Source: Octopus sinensis
Lineage: Eukaryota
Direction of reading: 5' to 3'
Assembly (NCBI RefSeq): GCF_006345805.1
Contig: NW_021836057.1
Coordinates: 1 to 25,077 of the forward strand
DNA: 25,077 nt
Below are positions 22,181 to 25,077 of this stretch, piece after piece. Under the pieces are notes generated by a model. The model did no database searches, had not been told where the DNA came from, and worked only from the letters and a program-made list of their open reading frames with translations. A program made the position numbers and the translations under genes. Within the stretch, counting starts at the first letter, position 1. Every line of letters starts with the position of its first letter.

Positions 22181-22642
22181 CAACAACATAAATCATAAAT
22201 CGCCATTTCAGCCTTTCCGCCATGCCTCACCCCTCGCAAACACATTCCCTCCATTTTCAAACCCGTCCATTTCTTCATATAATCCCTTTATTCACGAAAA
22301 CCTTCTCCGTACCATTCGCCCCTACACACTTCCATTTTGCACATTATCACTCTTAGAGGACTTCTTTTCTATTTTTTTCTTCTTCTTTTTACCAACACTT
22401 GCGGTAAAATAAGCAATAATTTTTTACACGTTCTAATGTATGGTGTGTGAATTTTTTCTCTTCCTTCTATCTCTTCAGATTATTTTATACCATGGTGGTT
22501 GAATTCTCATCGATTTTACCCTTTTAAAAACAATTAGCTTAGATCGGATCCATTTTAGACACCGCATGCTCTATGAATTCTCAAAAAAAACCCATAACAC
22601 GTCTTCACAAGCGAAGATATATATATATATATATATATATAT

Positions 22643-23056
22643 CTAGCAGCATAGCCCGGCGTTGCCCGGGTATGTAAGAGCCCCTAGTAGGCAACGACTA
22701 ATCCCAATCTAGTTCTTTCCCTCTAGGGAACGAAGGCGCATGAGTAGGTTGCAATGTCTTCTCTTCACTCGAATACGTCTGTGTATACGATGTTCCTAGC
22801 TGTTTCCCGACAGAAAATGTGTTGCATATAAAAAGCTTAGATTCTCGACCCCATGTCGAATTTATCGATTTTTTTTTTTCAGAACTGGGGGAACTTTTCA
22901 AAATTTTCGCTGCGTTAGTTTTGAATTATGACATTGGGCTATGTGTGTGTCAAGTTTCATCAGAATCGGTTGAAAGCCGTGGTCAGGGTGAGGGTACAAC
23001 CTGACAGCCACACAGACACACAGACAGACAAACTGCCGTTTATATATATATATATA
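22643..23056 (-). mobile_element. Non-autonomous Helitron-like element
   Basis: The minus-strand 3' end has a GC hairpin (cccgg-gcaacg-ccggg) 8 nt before a CTAG terminus (22643-22646). The 5' end has (TA)n then (GTCT)-type repeats. The flanks are TA-rich. Confidence 0.72.
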
Positions 23057-23405
23057 CTCTTGTGCTCACCTTATAGTAGGTATGTATCTAAATTTTGTAC
23101 GACTCTTACTCTTTCTTTTATTCCCCCTTCTCATTTTTCTTCCTTTCTCTCGCTCCCCCTCTCTTTCTTTAAACTCCCACTATTTCCCACTCTTTTATCT
23201 CCCCTGTACCTTTCCCTTTGTCTCTGATTCTTTTTTCCTAATCCTCCAATCCCGCTGTCCCTTACCCATCTCTCCTCTTTCCACGTGACCGCTGTCCGGC
23301 CAGCCATGATATTTCTTCCTTGGCCTGATTACTGCTAACCGTCAACACGTCTTGTGTCCATCTCCCATGTTCCTGCCTTTACGCTTTCACTTCATACTCG
23401 CCATC
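23057..23405 (+). mobile_element. Unassigned repeat family C, copy 2
   Basis: Same order of blocks as 8899-9140; 28/32 match at 23297-23328. Confidence 0.5.
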
Positions 23406-23502
23406 TCAATTTGAATCGTTCTCAGTCGAAAGACGCCTGTTGTTATTTATTGTTGTTTGTATTCCTAATTGTGTACCATGCTCTCCGGTTTTTTTTTTGT
23501 TC

Positions 23503-23718
23503 TCTTTACTCTTTTACTCTTTTACTTGTTTCAGTCATTTGAATGCGGCCATGCTGGAGCACCGCCTTTAATCTCGCAACTCGATCCCAGGACTTATTCT
23601 TTTGTAAGCCCAGTACTTTTTCTATCGGTCTCTTTTGCCGAACCGCTAAGTAACGGGGATATAAACACACCAGCATCGGTTGTCAAGCAATGCTAGGGGG
23701 ACAAACACAGACACACAA

Positions 23719-23773
<55 letters not shown>

Positions 23774-23939
23774 TACGACAGGCTTCTTTCAGTTTCCGTC
23801 TACCAAATCCACTCACAAGGCTTTGGTCGGCCTGAGGCTATAACAGAAGACACTTGCCCAAGGTGCCACGCAGTGGGAGTGAACCCGGAACCATGTGGTT
23901 GGTAAACAAGCTACTTACCACACAGCCACTCCTGCACCT
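23503..23939 (-). mobile_element. SINE family A, full length
   Basis: Reverse complement of 5972-6391. Confidence 0.92.
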
Positions 23940-24225
23940 GTTCGTTTAGTTTTTTTTCGTCTTTGTTGCCGTACACATTCGCTAGCTTTCATACAAAGGG
24001 GTCTAATGCTCTTAGCTTAGCATTTTCGGGGGACAACCAGATCGAATCATTTCAAGTGTAACTGTCCGAAATGGACGTGACTTCTGGTACGAGACTGATA
24101 AAAAAAAAGCCAACAATGACCCCCCTTTTTTTTTGCACGTCCTTCTAATTGTTGTTTCTCTTCTCCACCTTTGTGTCATCTATCTGTCTGAGCGTTTTAA
24201 TACCCTCTATTGCGTTTTTGTTCCA

Positions 24226-24607
24226 TACCAACCACATGGTTCCGGGTTCAGTCCCACTGCGTGGCACCTCGGGCAAGTGTCTTCTACTATAGCCTCGGGT
24301 TGACCAAAGCCTTGTGAGTGGATTTGGTAGGCGGAAACTGAAAGAAGCCCGTCGTATATATGTATGTATATATGTGTGTATGTGCATGCATGTTTGTGTA
24401 TCTGTGTTTGTCCCCCTAGCATTGCTTGACAACCGATGCTGGTGTGTTTATGTCCCCGTCACTTAGCGGTTCGGCAAAAGAGACCGATAGAATAAGTACT
24501 GGACTTACAAAAGAATAGGTCCCGGGGTCGAGTTGGTCGATTAAAGGCGGTGCTCCAGCATGGCCGCAGTCAAATGACTGAAACAAGTAAATGAGAAAAA
24601 AAGAGAG
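24226..24607 (+). mobile_element. SINE family A, 5'-truncated (A box missing)
   Basis: Starts at taccaaccacatggttccgggttcagtccc; body and tail complete. Confidence 0.9.
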
Positions 24608-24623
24608 TATATACATACATACA

Positions 24624-24656
<33 letters not shown>

Positions 24657-24740
24657 TGTATGTATGTATGTATGTATGTATGTATGTATGTATGCATGCA
24701 TATATATATACATACGTACGCATACTACACACACACATGC
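24608..24740. repeat. (TA)n/(TATG)n microsatellite
   Basis: Direct reading of the sequence. Confidence 0.9.
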
Positions 24741-25077
24741 ATATCCACGAACTACGAGTCATTTGCATGCCATCAAATGTCTCCATACACGTTCGCCACG
24801 TAGCCAAGCGCTTGGGTTAATAACCGTCACTATAAACCATTTCATACTAATTAAGCATTCCAATTAAAGTAATTTTCACTCTTTGATGGTGTCAAATGAA
24901 TTTTATTCTCTTAATTTACGACATTTTCAGCTCATTGTGAATGGCGTGTTTTTTTATGCACTGTCAACTTCGTCGACAATTTCTAGCGCCATAAGACTGG
25001 CGTGTAACGATAGCATGTCATTGTCGGCAGAATGGGGCAGCCATTTTTTTTTTTTTTTTGATTTCAAACACAAGTTT

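Noticed and set aside
18841-22191. 1116-aa ORF
   Set aside because: CAT/CAC repeats contain no stop codon in + frames, so length is uninformative. The sequence switches among poly-His, poly-Thr and poly-Pro through indels.
22953-22966. Minus-strand ctgatgaaac inside the Helitron-like element
   Set aside because: The two core words overlap with no intervening stem; coincidental.
24910-25077. Possible acceptor (ttttcAG at 24929-24930) followed by a frame open to the window end
   Set aside because: Short pyrimidine tract, no recognisable peptide, and the frame runs through a 16-nt T run; not supportable from this window.

Overview
Repeat-dominated eukaryotic DNA with no protein-coding gene that I can support. 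The long ORFs in the supplied track are translations of (CA)n, (CAT)n, (CAC)n, (TAG)n, (TAT)n and (TATG)n tracts. The interspersed repeats look, from memory and not from a database search, like octopus/cephalopod SINEs. There are two tRNA-derived SINE families: family A (tRNA-like head, internal TA/TG microsatellite, long 3' tail; about 13 full or partial copies) and family B (CORE-like; a headless tandem array, one nested full copy and two decayed copies). Also present are two non-autonomous Helitron/Helentron-like elements, two local duplications and two cryptic minisatellites. The most notable signal is three hammerhead-ribozyme (HHR) motifs of different architecture, all on the + strand. 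One has a canonical core with a long stem II (6449-6538). One is a minimal type-I motif with a palindromic stem III (17607-17649) inside the spacer of a ~407-bp fold-back element with ~98-bp inverted arms (17405-17811). One is a decayed Penelope-type motif (5597-5642). All pairings and counts were done by hand; boundaries are approximate to a few bases.
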